Shown: one piece after another, positions 12,484 to 25,277 of the stretch
Numbering within the stretch: position 1 is the stretch's first letter
How the letters are laid out: every line of letters starts with the position of its first letter
DNA from: Dimorphilus gyrociliatus
Lineage: Eukaryota > Animalia > Annelida
Reading direction: 5' to 3'
DNA: 64,000 nt
Assembly: GCA_904063045.1 (NCBI GenBank)
Contig: CAJFCJ010000036.1
Span: 139,737-203,736, forward strand
The notes under the pieces: model-generated
What the model saw: only the letters and a program-made list of their open reading frames with translations
Told to the model about the DNA's origin: nothing
Databases searched by the model: none
Translations under genes and position numbers: made by a program

Positions 12484-15400
12484 ATGGACAAAAACAATGA
12501 AATATTTCTTCTTTTATCTGTTCATTTTATAGTAATGACAACAGCAAACAGAACATCCGAATATGAATTATCTATACAAGATTCAAGCGATGGAAATGTG
12601 TATGTTGAAGGAATTTTAAAAGGAAAGATGTTGATAGAAGATGATTGGTTGATTGTGAAATATGAAATATTTACAACTCAACAGAATAATCTATTGTGTG
12701 AGAGAATGGGCTACGAGTCCATTCATTCAGTAGCCTTACCCTGTAAGTTGGACACTCTACAATCGGAAGCCATTCAACTATCACTAACAACCGAAAGTTG
12801 TTGTAATTTGTAAGTGAAATTCGATAAAATTTTAAATTGAATATAGACATTTATCTTGTTTTTTTTTCAAACAAGTTCAAAAATTGTTTATCATTCAGAC
12901 AAAGCGTTTTGTATTAAATGCTTCAAGAAGCAGAGCCAATGTAAGAATATTCTATTATTTAAATAGAGTTTGATGGAATTTTTAAATGAATTTGTAGTTA
13001 TATTTGCTACTGGAAAATCATATAGACTAATTTTAAAGAGAAATAATACTTACTATAAACTCCGTGGTTATTCAACTCAATTCAATCATTTATGCAAAAA
13101 ATCTCAATTTTTTCTACAAAAGTTTAAACAAAAAATAATAGTTTATGTTGAATACAAGATGGGCAAATTCAATGTCATATTGGATAAAATTCCTAGAGTT
13201 TACGTACATAAATCATGTAAATTTAGAGATTTAAAAGGTAAATATCTATTCATAAAATTTTTTGATGAGATTACATTGTAATAGAGTTTAAATTTAAGAT
13301 TCAATAAAATTTTTAATCAATATTTCAGATGTAAAATTTGAATATTTGGGAGAAAATAAATCCAGAACTTATTCATATTTAAATAAATATAAAAAATATA
13401 CAAATTATTTTATAGTTTCAAAAACATTTGGAGTTTCTCCTCCAATTTTTTTTCAGCTGAAATCACTAAAACGACTCTGTTTGCAATTGTGCTTTCACTT
13501 AAAATCTATTGCCGATCCATTCTCTTGTTTTGAAAAGCCATTTCAATACAAAGTACACGTCTTATTCTGTATGCAAATTAGCACAAATATAAATTTATTA
13601 ATCAGGAAACGACAGCAATTGCTTGTAAAGATGACATCTATATTAGAAGAAAACCTTCATTCGAAAATATTATTGACACTTGCTTTTATATTGAAGGAAC
13701 ACAGGAATCTGTTAGAGTTATTGAGCCACACTGTCAAAAACCAAGGAAATCGGGTAAGCATTGAGTTAAATTGATGAAAATTGAATAAATATACTCGAAA
13801 ATGAACATTTTTGATATTGAAATTGGGTTTCAATACCATTTGTCCTATTCTACAATTCGAATATATAATTTTCTCTTTTTAGATGGCATTACCTATAGGT
13901 TTTTTCACAAGCCAAGCAACATATTGTTTACGCCAATAGCTAATCAATCATTTGATAGTTTTACTGGCCGTTTTCAAATTATTTGGAAAAATGAATGGAT
14001 TGATTTTGACCAGATTTTTGATCATGAACATAAAATTATTTGTCAAGAGTTTGGCTTTAAATACGAATATTTTACAGGAAGGTTTATCACTAAAAGTTTG
14101 AAATTGAAGAAAAGTTATTTATTGTGTAATCGAAATATATCATCATTAAACCAATGTCAATACAGAGAATACAATAGTTTCGGGTAATTATTGATATTTA
14201 TATATTTGGATTAATCAACTCATTTTTCAACATTTTTCAACAAAGATATGTAATTCGAAAAGGCCCAATACTAAAATGTTCAAATGAACTGATAACAGGT
14301 TGAATAATTGAATAATAAACGCTATCACGTGATGCAAAAACAGAATTTAAAAAATAGATACTCAGTGTAACGGAGAAAAGTCATTTTTAATTGATAACGT
14401 CTGCTACAAGTTAATAGTTGAAGATGAAGAGAAATCCCTATCAGAAATGGAGCTTAGATGTAAAAATGAAAATTTAACATTGGCAGATTTTCCAGGAAAT
14501 GATTTCGAAACTCTACTTTTTTTTAAATCATATATTTCTTATATTTCGTCAAAAACAACAAAATTAAAATTTCTATTTCAATTATTTTATAGTAAAAGAA
14601 AAATTTCAAAATGATAAAAATTATTTTGAATGTAAAACTATTTTTCATTTCAGAATTGGAAAGAAAAAAAACAAATAACAATGATATTACTGTAACACCT
14701 TCTAAAATACCATTTTCATTCTTTTCAAGGACTCAATTACCCCAAGAAATGGTAAACAATTGTTTCAAAAACTAAATAAATGCTACCAAATTTGACACAA
14801 ATTCTTAACCCTAACTCTAACCCTAACCGTTATATTTATAATATTGATATATGTATATATTCTCAGTTTAAGGCATTTATCCCCAACCATCCAGATTTTG
14901 ATGAAGGTGTAATGATGGACGTTAATAATATTATTAAAGGCTTTGAAAGTTCTAAAGGAGATTGTATTGAAAATCTCTATGTTTGTCTTAATATTCTCTA
15001 AGACTTTTTTCCATCACATCTTCTATTGTTCCTATAGGTAGTTGATATATCAGAAAATTTACATCAGCCTATAAGAGGTATGTACTACTTTTAAATAAAT
15101 ATCTTCTACATAAACCAGCAGCGCCATCTATAAGTATATTTTTGAACTATTTGAATTCAGGAATAGCTGCAAGAAATGTAGATTGCTCAATAGTAAGAAA
15201 AAACTATTACTTTTGCCAAAGAATCCTATGTTAGCCAATCAAATGATTTTCCGTAATTTATTTCTAAACAAAGTGACTTTGTTCATAATATTTTCAGATT
15301 CACTTAATCCTTCAATTTCGAATTTGAATAACAACACGCATATTCTCAAAAACGAGAACTTTTACTTCTGTAAACAAACTGGTACATACATAAATATTCT

Positions 15401-18400
15401 ATATGTTTGTGACAGACATCCCGACTGTCCCTCCTCTGAAGATGAACACGAAAATTGCCATTACGGCATTGAACAAGTATTTAATTGTAAATTCTACAAC
15501 TATACCATCCATTTCAATTTGCTATGCAACTATATAAAAGATTGTCCAGATGGTTCTGATGAGGAGTTTTGCGGTAAAAACAATAACAATCTTTTATACT
15601 CATCTCCTTCATTTATTCTACAAATTATTTGCCTGTAGAAAGATCGATCTGCAAAGAAACAGAAAGGTGAAAATGTTTACTTCACTCTATCTAAATCATA
15701 ATATCTGCAAATACATTCATTTGAAGAACTTGCCAAAACAAACAATGTATTCCGAAAGAGCAAGTTTGTAACAACAAGAAAAATTGCTTTGATTCAACTG
15801 ATGAATATTGTTTGAATGAAAATGCCATTGAGGACTATTTTAAACTTAGTAATAGCATATAACAGACTACAAAATTCAAATTCATTTCTATGTAAATTTT
15901 TCCCTCTTTTTTACTAGGATGTAGGCCTGGGATGCAAAAATCCTGCCTTACTGGCTGCATAAGATATGAAAAAATGTGTAACTTTAGACAGGATTGTTCA
16001 AAAAGGGAAGATGAACAATATGAAATATGTTTTTTTGAATACAATATCTACCATTCACAATTAAAACACAATGAATGCGAGTTAAAATATGACTCATTGG
16101 GAATCCTGCTAACAGATCCACATTTTCCTTTTAAGGAGCTCTCTAACTGCAATAACTCTACTTGTGAACCAGGACAGTTCTTATGTACATTTTATAAATT
16201 TTGCATATCAATTGAACAAGTTTGCGATGGAATTAATCATTGCATTCATAATGAAGATGAAATGATTTGTGGTAAGATCATAGATGACAACACAAAATAT
16301 CTTTCTCATATCTTTCCCAGTATTAACAATATCTTTAAATTTATCGATTTCTATTACGACAAATGTTTCATGGGGAGAATAAATTTTCATTAAACATGAA
16401 TTTTTCTAGATGAAATCTACACAAAAGGATTCTTTAAATGCAGAAATGAAACAAAAGCAATTTTACCCAGCAAAGTCTGTGATGGAATAGTAAACTGTTT
16501 CTATGGAAGTGATGAACTCTCCTGCAACCAAATCAACGTATCTAACTATTCTTTTTGCCAAACTACTTTAGCAACAGAAATGTTTTGTCAAATGCAAATA
16601 AAAAACAAAAGAATTTCAGACAACCAAACTTTTCACATAGCAAATGTTCCACATATTAAAAAACTTCAAATTTATGGATTGATGAATTTAAAAGTGAGTG
16701 AAAAACAGTTTCAGATTACTTCTTTGTCCATAGAAGACAATTTTCAAAGGAATATCTTTGTTCATTTACAATTCTTTCCCAATTTGCTGGCTTTGACTTT
16801 AAAATCAAACAAACTAACATTTAGAAACGATTTCAGTAGAACATTACTTCTACTTCAATATCTCGATCTTTCCAGTAACAGATTTACAAACTTTTCCATC
16901 TTGGAGAAATTTCAAAGTCACGATTTGAGATATTTGGATTTTTCAAACAATCCACTTCAAAATTTCAATCATAACATGAAACATTTTCGGAAATTAAACA
17001 TTTTGAAAATAACAAATTGTTATATTTCAAATATTCAACCAGTTTTCTTTAAATATTTCACCAAACTGGAAAGATTATACTTGAATGGAACTGAATTTCC
17101 TTCAAAGCAAAGTATGACGATTGTTCGACAGCTGCATCGAATAAAGATGATCTTTAACGAATTCTACAAACTGTGCTGTTTAACCTGGAAATTGTTTGGC
17201 AATCACATCATTTGTAAACCGTCTACATCATTGTACAACACTTGTTCCAGTCTCCTCAGTAGTTTGCCTATTCGTCTCTTGTATTGGATCAATGGACTTT
17301 TTGGGTTAATTGGAAATGTGTTTTCAATATTTCTGCTGTTCAAGTCGAAGAGTCAATCGACTGCATTTAGATTATCATTAATTTTAAGTGATAGCCTTAC
17401 ATCACTGTATGTTGTTACAATAGCCATTGCAGATGCCTACTTTAAAGATAAATATTTGGAAAATGATGAAAGATGGCGAAATAGTGTGCTTTGTCAAATT
17501 ATTGGAACAAGCATGTCATTTTCCCTACTCTTGTCTACCCTGAGTTTGTTTCTTTTGACATTTGAGCGGTTCCAAGCAATAGTTGTGCCTTTTTCTTCAT
17601 TGAAAATTCAACATTATAAAAGAGTGACCATTCCAATTTCATTTCTATTGTCGAGTATTTTGGCAACACTTCCATTTGGTTTTTATAAAGTATAAGTAAA
17701 AAACAGACGTTCCTTTGACTGTAAAATGAAAATGAATGTTTCAGAATTTTCACAGAAAATCTCCAATTTGCTTTAATTTGCATATAACAAGTGAGAAAAG
17801 TGCAGGTTGGCTGTATTCATTTTTCGTTTTCGGTATTTTGCTGTTTGTGTTGAGCGCCACAATTAGCGTTCTTTATATGATAATTGTGAAAACTGTCAAA
17901 AAGTCTTTTGTAAGGTTTAATAAGAGTAAAAGGGATAAGGATAAATTGGATAAGGTCATGAAGACTGTGTTTTTGATAATAATGACAAACTTGATATGTT
18001 GGTTTCCAATTTCACTTCTCGGTTTGTAGAATATTCATCATTGAAAATGCTAAAGCGTCACATTTTGAACAGGAATTTTGTCAGTCTTTGTCGAAATCCA
18101 CATCAGTAGGAATATCTATTCAGTTATTGTTGCTGTGTTTCTGCCAATAAATGCTCTTCTCAATCCTCTGATCTATTCTTACAGTGACATAAAACTTTTA
18201 ATGCAAGTTAAGGCAGAAAAAAAAGAGGAAGAACAGTTAAGTGATAATTCATTCTATTTTAGTGTAACTATTGTATTTAACCAATTTTTTCCTATGTTAT
18301 CAGAAGAAATATAATTAGCAATGCAGCATATCAGACTCGACTGCAAAGTAACGTTTTTGAAATATCTTGTATTACTGATAAGTTCAATTAGTTATTGATG

Positions 18401-19027
18401 TGTTATTGAAAATTTTGCAGTGTTAAATTTTATCGAAGAATCAAGAGCCAATAAAATTTATCAAGACGAATTGACTGATTATTTTGAACCATTTCTCTTT
18501 AACATTGATTATTTTGAGAGAATGTACGATATGAAAGTTATTGCGGACATAATCTGTGGAATTCAATATTGTCATGAACATCAATTGTCATTTGGGAAAG
18601 AACTGACGTTGAATGACATATTTCATGATGTAAGAGTATTTATAAAGTCAAGTTTATAATATGACTAATGCAAACGGCTTGTTTTTTTAGAGAAATAATG
18701 ACGTAGTTTGTATAAAACCAAAAAATTTTGTCATATTAACCGTAGAAGTAGAAAAGAGGGATATCTATTCATTTGGTAATATATTAAAGAAAATTTTACA
18801 AATGAAGCATATCCACAAATGTTGAGTGTTTTATTATGTAAAATATGAATGGTTTACTGTTTATCGAACTCATCCTTCTCCCTATTGTATTATCTCCAAA
18901 TGAGAATATTTTTTTAATATATTTCGACTGTGTATAGATGAGCAACTGTCAAATTGACCGGTTGATGAATAACCAATTTCGCAGCATGTCTTTGATAATC
19001 CGTCCACCATTCCCTTATTTCTTATAG
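12484..19027 (+). CDS. GRL101-like receptor paralog C, same architecture as B, including the C-terminal pseudokinase-like tail; multi-exon
   Basis: Exon-by-exon correspondence to B at an offset of about 8.6 kb. The 371-aa LRR/TM1-4 ORF differs from B at one residue (VTI vs VII). Tail exons read IADIICGIQYCHEH and KRDIYSFGNILKKIL. The last exon (18938-19027) is tentative. Confidence 0.88.
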
Positions 19028-19463
19028 ATTGTACTTTGAACAACTTGATAAGAATTTAAAATTGGTTTCTCAGTCAGATGACAAAACTTCAAATGAATAA
19101 AATTTAAACTGTCCGATGGTTGAATTAATCCATCAAAAGTCAATAATAATCCATTTCCCATTTCTTTATTCAGAATACATTGACTTTTTTAACAAGTTGA
19201 CCGCAAATTTTCTATTTTGAGACTGAAACTAGTCCAGATTTGCAATGGTAGAAATTGATATATTTAGGCTGTTTGTTAATTGAACAAGTCCATTGCAAAA
19301 TCTTGGATATTCCAGTTTTTTAGAAGGAAAAGAAGCCCAGTGTATATTTTTTATCCTCGTCCCAAATTTAGGCCTCAACTGTAAACTAATCAGTTATTTA
19401 TTACTCATTGTTTTTTATCATTGAGACATCATCGTTTTGGTTATTGAAACAACTGTGAAATGA

Positions 19464-21176
19464 TCAGGAGATTATTAAGTACTCATAGTCAATTGTTAAT
19501 TTGGTATTATATTTTAGCCAATGACTAATCTTTATATGTTGATCTTGGGTTAAATGACAATTGTGAATACCAATATACTTTAAAGAGTTTAAAGACTGAA
19601 CGAGACCATTGCAGACTTGCGATAATCCATTTCCGGTTTCCTCATTATTACTTAGAAGTATGCTCTCTATTCTAGAACAATTTTTTAGCATATTTCCAAT
19701 ATTTATGCATTGTTTCTCATTTAGATTACAATTTGAAATGTTAATATATTTTAACGTATAGGATGAATGATAGAGCTCATCACAAATCTTTGATAATCCT
19801 TTTCCCATTTCTCTATTTAAGCACAGTTCAATTTTTTCAATTTTTGAACAGTTTTTCAACAAATTTCCGATAGTTATGCATTGATTTTCACTTAGGTTAC
19901 AATCTCTAAGATGAATATGCCTTAAAGAATTCGATGATGGAACAAGTCCAGAACAGATTTCTGCTAATCCATTTCCCATTCCTTTATTCTCACTAAGATC
20001 AATTTTTTCTATATAAATACATCCGGTCAGCATATGACCAATTTGTCTACATAGAGTTTCAGTTAGGTTGCACTCCCTAAAGTTGAGAAATATTAGGGTT
20101 TTGAAAGAACTAGACAGTCCATTGCAAATATCTGACAATCCATTTCCCATGTTTGTATTACAACTCAAGTTTATCATTTCTATTCTTGAACACTTTTTCA
20201 ACAATTTTCCAATAGCTGCTGATTGACTTTCAGTTAGGTTACATTCTCTTAAAATGATGTCTTTTAATGTTTTTGACGAGTTGGTGAGTCCTTCAAACAG
20301 ATTTAAAATTCCATTTCCCATTCCCTTATTTCCACTTAGATTGATTGTTTCTATTTTAGAGCATTTTTTCAACATATTTCCAATGCTTATCGATTGATTT
20401 TCACTTAGATTACATTCTCTTAAATTGACGTTCTTTAAATTATTTGACGATTCAACAAGTCCATCGCTAATCCTCAATAATCCATCTCCCATTTCCTTAT
20501 TTTGAGCTAAATATATTGTTTCTATTTTAGGGCAATTTTGTAAGATTTCTCCAATGCTTGTAGCTTGATTTTCAGTTAGACAACACCATACGAAATAAAT
20601 ACGTTGTAGAGTGTTTGCGGATTGGACGAGTCCATTGCAAATTTGGGATAATCCACTTCTCATATCTTTATTCAAACTTAAATCAATAGATTCTATATTA
20701 GTACAATTTTTTAACAAATTCCCTAAATATATAGACTGATCTTTGGTTAGAGAACACCAACTTAAATCGATATACTTTAAACTATTAGACGATTGAGCTA
20801 ATCCGCAGCAAATTTGCGATAATCCATCTCCCATTTCTTCATTTTCACTCAAATTTATTGTTACTATTTTATGGCAATTTTTGAGTAAATTTCCTATGTT
20901 TTTAGTATGGTTCTCATTCAAATGACAATAATAGAAGTTAATATGCTGTAAAGTACTGGACGATTTAAGGAGTGCATCGCAAATCTTAGATAATCCACTC
21001 TTTCTGCAAACAGAGCAAACAGTCTCACAATCATCCGAACGTAATTCTTGTTTTCGACATTTTAGGCAATATTTATGTTGACATGGTAGTATTCTCGTAT
21101 CCTTGGCAACTGCAGTCGCTAAACAATTTGAACATTTTAGGCCATTTTCATCAAAATAGTACACTTTCTTAGACAT
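19464..21176 (-). CDS. Intronless RING-HC (C3HC4) finger plus ribonuclease-inhibitor-type LRR protein, 570 aa
   Basis: CSNC...LPCQHKYCLKC...CSVC RING at the N-terminus, then about 8.5 copies of a 57-aa (28+29) alternating LRR unit. No NACHT and no TM segment. Confidence 0.88.
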   Translation of the reverse strand: MSKKVYYFDENGLKCSNCLATAVAKDTRILPCQHKYCLKCRKQELRSDDCETVCSVCRKSGLSKICDALLKSSSTLQHINFYYCHLNENHTKNIGNLLKNCHKIVTINLSENEEMGDGLSQICCGLAQSSNSLKYIDLSWCSLTKDQSIYLGNLLKNCTNIESIDLSLNKDMRSGLSQICNGLVQSANTLQRIYFVWCCLTENQATSIGEILQNCPKIETIYLAQNKEMGDGLLRISDGLVESSNNLKNVNLRECNLSENQSISIGNMLKKCSKIETINLSGNKGMGNGILNLFEGLTNSSKTLKDIILRECNLTESQSAAIGKLLKKCSRIEMINLSCNTNMGNGLSDICNGLSSSFKTLIFLNFRECNLTETLCRQIGHMLTGCIYIEKIDLSENKGMGNGLAEICSGLVPSSNSLRHIHLRDCNLSENQCITIGNLLKNCSKIEKIELCLNREMGKGLSKICDELYHSSYTLKYINISNCNLNEKQCINIGNMLKNCSRIESILLSNNEETGNGLSQVCNGLVQSLNSLKYIGIHNCHLTQDQHIKISHWLKYNTKLTIDYEYLIIS

Positions 21177-21570
21177 GTTTTCATATATATACTTGTATAT
21201 GTTTACTCGTTGAAAAGCGTCGACAAAATTTGATAGTTTAAACTACAATTACTGATAGAATGCTAAAACACTAAATCATAGTTATAACCACAACATTAAG
21301 GTTTTTCCATAGTTATAACCACCAGTTAAAAGCTTCTTCTTACAGTCTACTTTCATAGTGATGATTATCAATATTATAATTGAAACAGTTTCTATGGTTA
21401 CAGTGTTATTTTATCAAAACTTTATTCTTTCTAAAAGAAAATTATACGAATTTTATTCTTTTTACTAATAGTAGTTAAAGCACAACTAGCGACTTCTGGT
21501 GTTTACTATCGATATTATCATTGTATATTTAGGCCTATGCTTTATTATGATAAAATTAATCTTATCCTTG

Positions 21571-24500
21571 TCAATTGTCAGTTTTCTCATTCTCATTCTT
21601 CAAATACATGAGCATTGCTTCCCTCTCGTCCAATAGAAAAGTCTGTTCCAATTCAATGCCCCTACTGCTTCTGCAATCCGGACATCTTATAGTACAGCAA
21701 TACCATAATAAATGGATAACATTTAGAGGAGGTGGGAGAAAAGGTTTCCTAATATATTCATTTATCAATTCAAATCTTTGATACTTGTAAATGATTTCAG
21801 ATTCACTTTCAACTTTTTCATATGTACTCGAAAACATGGCAATTAGTAGATTCAGTAGTAGAATATTAACAATCACCATATATATGGCGAATAGGATGAG
21901 AGCTAGCCACGATTTTTCAGGGCAAGAATTATTACAATCTTGGTTATTTCCCTCAATATCGTCCAAGAAAAGTTCACCATACATTTGCCAATAGGGTTTA
22001 TAGATAATATTCTTTAAGAGATTCCAATCTAATGATGCATTAGGATGCCTTAATCCTTGACTTACTACGCCATACGACAGCATGAATATGGTGAGAATGA
22101 CCATGAATTGAAATAGGTTTTTAAGCATTTTTTGAACCATAATCAGTTTCGGACCAGTTACCTCAGATACATAGCAAATTTGAAGTAGTCCTATATAGAA
22201 GCATCCTAATGACAGGCAGAAAAAATTCCTAACCCATGAAAATCGTTCCAACGGAAGAGAAATTCTAAGGATAAACGCCAATGTAAACATAAAGTAGGAA
22301 GAACAATCCAAAATATTCCAAGAATCTTTAAAATATTCCATTTTCATTGTTAAAACCTGAATAACAAAGATTTGATTTAAAAATTACAATTGTTCTCTTT
22401 TTTACATTTTCGTCATACTTGATAAATTTCCTCTAAAATCAAGCTAAATACCCATATTGTGGTCAATATTTCCAATATACTAGGTCTACTCTTCTCTGTC
22501 CAAGGGTGAAGATCAGTTAATACAAAACAAGTGAAACATCCAATAAAAATCAAGTTAGTTATCTAATAATAAAAATAATATTAACAATAGATGAAAGAAT
22601 TGTTTAAAAAGAAAAAGAAACAAACCATTCTTAACCAAAATTTAACTATTGGAGCATAGAAGAAGAGTAATAATTTACTGTTGTTAAAACAACAGCGTTT
22701 CAATCTACTACCATCTTGTTCTATGCCTTTGAATGATAGTAAATATTTTACAAAAATTGGAGAGAAAACTGGTAATAAGAGGCATAAGAGTAGTGTTAAA
22801 AGTATTTTAAATGTTGAATTATCATAATGAATCTTTCCAATCCACATTTCACTTAATAAAGTCTGACAAGCAGGATTTGAAATAAAAAATTTAGAATTTG
22901 TTGCCTTTGAAAGATCCAAAACTGATTGAGTACCCCATTGAAGTTTTGGAATTGCTAATAGGTTATGAGCAGTTTCTCTACTAGTTTTATAAACTTGTTC
23001 CAATGTTCCATAAGACCTTTTTTCCCATATATCCGACCAATATTTTAAATTATCCGCCATGTTGATTTCGTGATGTTTTCTTGCAGTTGTTGACAAACTT
23101 AGCAATATACCTTTTGATAGTAAACCCAACATTACAACGCTCTTTTTCCCTTCTCTCCACAAGACGTAAGCAATATCTTGATGATTATACAAAATAGCCC
23201 AATTAAAGATGGCCAATGGTATATCAAGATGATTGAAGATGACGCACCGTTCAAAATTCAAAAATTGATTTCTATCAATTATATATTTAGTGTACAAGCG
23301 TTTCAAATCTTGTTTAAGGAATTGTTGGCCCTGAAATTCCGTAGAAGATATTTCATTTGTAAAATTTTTCAACAGAAATGAATGAGAAGATTTCTTCCTT
23401 GACATCATTTTATACAATTTAACAATGTCATCACAACTAGTGATTAGTTTATAAAAGTAACCGGATGTTAGATATTCTTCAACAATTAGAGAATTATTCC
23501 CAATTAGGGAATATAAGAGAAGTTTCTTTTGTTTCTCTTCATTCGAAGTTGCTCGTATGTAGTTTTTAGCTTGTTCTCTATCCTTTATAAAATCAACTGT
23601 TTCAAATAATAAACATAAATTTAACTTTCTTTCTGTGGTTTCTATATCATTCATAAAGAAATGATTATATAATGAATCTTTTAATTGAATTATGGAATAA
23701 CTTTCGTTAAAATCAACTAAATATTCCTTTTTTGAAAGGATCCTTTTTAAATTGCTATAACATTCGTTCACCTTTTCGTCATTATTCCCTAAACTGGAAA
23801 ATGTTTCCTTAATTCTATTTAACCAAAATTCTTTATCTAAATCCTCTTCCCTACTTTTCAAATTAGTTTGTTGGTCGAAACAAAACTGCGAAATTAGCTT
23901 AGCAGCGCCATCTAGTCCTGGAAATACTATAATTGTTTCATTTTTTTCCAACCTAAGTAATACGTCTTTGATATCATTTTCGTCTCCTTTAGTTAAAAAG
24001 TAAACTTTGGGTACTTTTTCCAAAGGATCTATCATATCAATTGAATTTCTGACTTCTTGGACATTTTTAAGTGCAATAACATCCGGTCCTGTTACAAATT
24101 CGTGATGAAAATATCGAAGACAGTTCCTGGAGCTATCAATGCAAATTACTGCGGATGTATCAAATTCACAGAAAGCATTATCCAGCGAGAGTTTATCAAC
24201 CAAATATAAATTTGACTTATCTAAATTACTCTCCAAAATCCAAGGATCCAAAGGAAGGAAGATGTGTTTGAAAATTGCGAAAAAATGGTCATAGTAATCC
24301 AGATCCCTTGACAAATGGCTGAAAGATATCAATAACTTCGGTTTTGTTCTATTTATCATTGAGAGAAATTGATCATTATGACACAAGTAGTCAATATCGC
24401 TCTCTAAAAATAGACTCACCCTTTGGAAGTTATTTATAATTGCAAAACTAACTCTATAAATGAGATCAAATATAGATTTTATTCTTAAATCTTCATCAAA

Positions 24501-25277
24501 GTGATACATCAGCAAAAAATCAGAGTTTTGTTCAATTTTTCTTAGAGTACTAGTCATATCATTCGAAAGATTATAATCTTCTATATTTCTACTTTTATAT
24601 ACACAATTTTGCAACAATTCTAAACCAAATTTGCAAGTATTTTCAAATAGAATGACTGGTTCTTTGTTATTTAACGCTGCTCCAATTGTTTGTAAAGTTT
24701 CTCTATTAGTTCCGATAACGAACCGTACTACGGGGATATTATTACCATAGAGGCGTTTTATCTCTTGAACGATATGACTTTGAAAGTCGGTAAGCGTCTC
24801 TTTTGACAGAGCATCGTGAAAAACGTAAAAATCTTGATAGCAATTGAGCAACGTCTCCCTAGAAATATCATACTTAATAAAAGACTTATCAAGTTTGAAG
24901 TTTGAATTCCATTCAGTTAATCCTATGCAGAATATTCGTTGTTCTTCACTAATAGAATTATATTCATGAACAATATCAGTAATCAATTCTGTCACTTCTC
25001 CATTTAAACCATCAGTTATGATTATTGGATTAAAGAGGTTAAAAATTAATTTAACGTCCTTTTTCAAGCGATTTTTAACATCTTGTTCAAAAAATAAATT
25101 ATGAATCGTATTATTCAATTTAATAATTAAATGAGGTTTGAATTTTTCAAAATGTGATAAATCCTCTTTGGAAAATTCTTGAAAATTTTCTTTTAATATT
25201 CTTTTAAACGGTATTGACTTGTCAATTTGTTGATCATTTTCAAAAAATTCCACTTGCCCTTCCAGTACAATTTGCTA
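21571..25277 (-). CDS. TRPM: TRPM-family cation channel, at least 3 exons (first exon not located)
   Basis: MHR/SLOG motifs, MHR4 (FNWAILYNHQDIAYVLWREG; FISNPACQTLLSEMW), pre-S1 FFYAPIVKFW. Middle exon about 22418-22562 encodes S1-S2 (ILEILTTIWVFSLILEEIYQ). S3 WNILD, S4-S5 GPKLIMVQKM, pore YWQMYGELFLDDI, S6 LLNLLIAMFS, TRP helix YKYQR...PPPLN. Confidence 0.93.

Noticed and set aside
14806-14828. taaccctaactctaaccctaacc as an interstitial telomere
   Set aside because: Only about four degenerate units. Similar motifs occur inside small repeats at 6590 and 59412, so it is more likely TE-derived.
21177-21570. Possible TRPM to RING-LRR read-through fusion (genes 394 bp apart on the same strand)
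   Set aside because: TRPM has a clean stop, I found no convincing donor before it, and the RING gene has its own ATG and upstream motifs.
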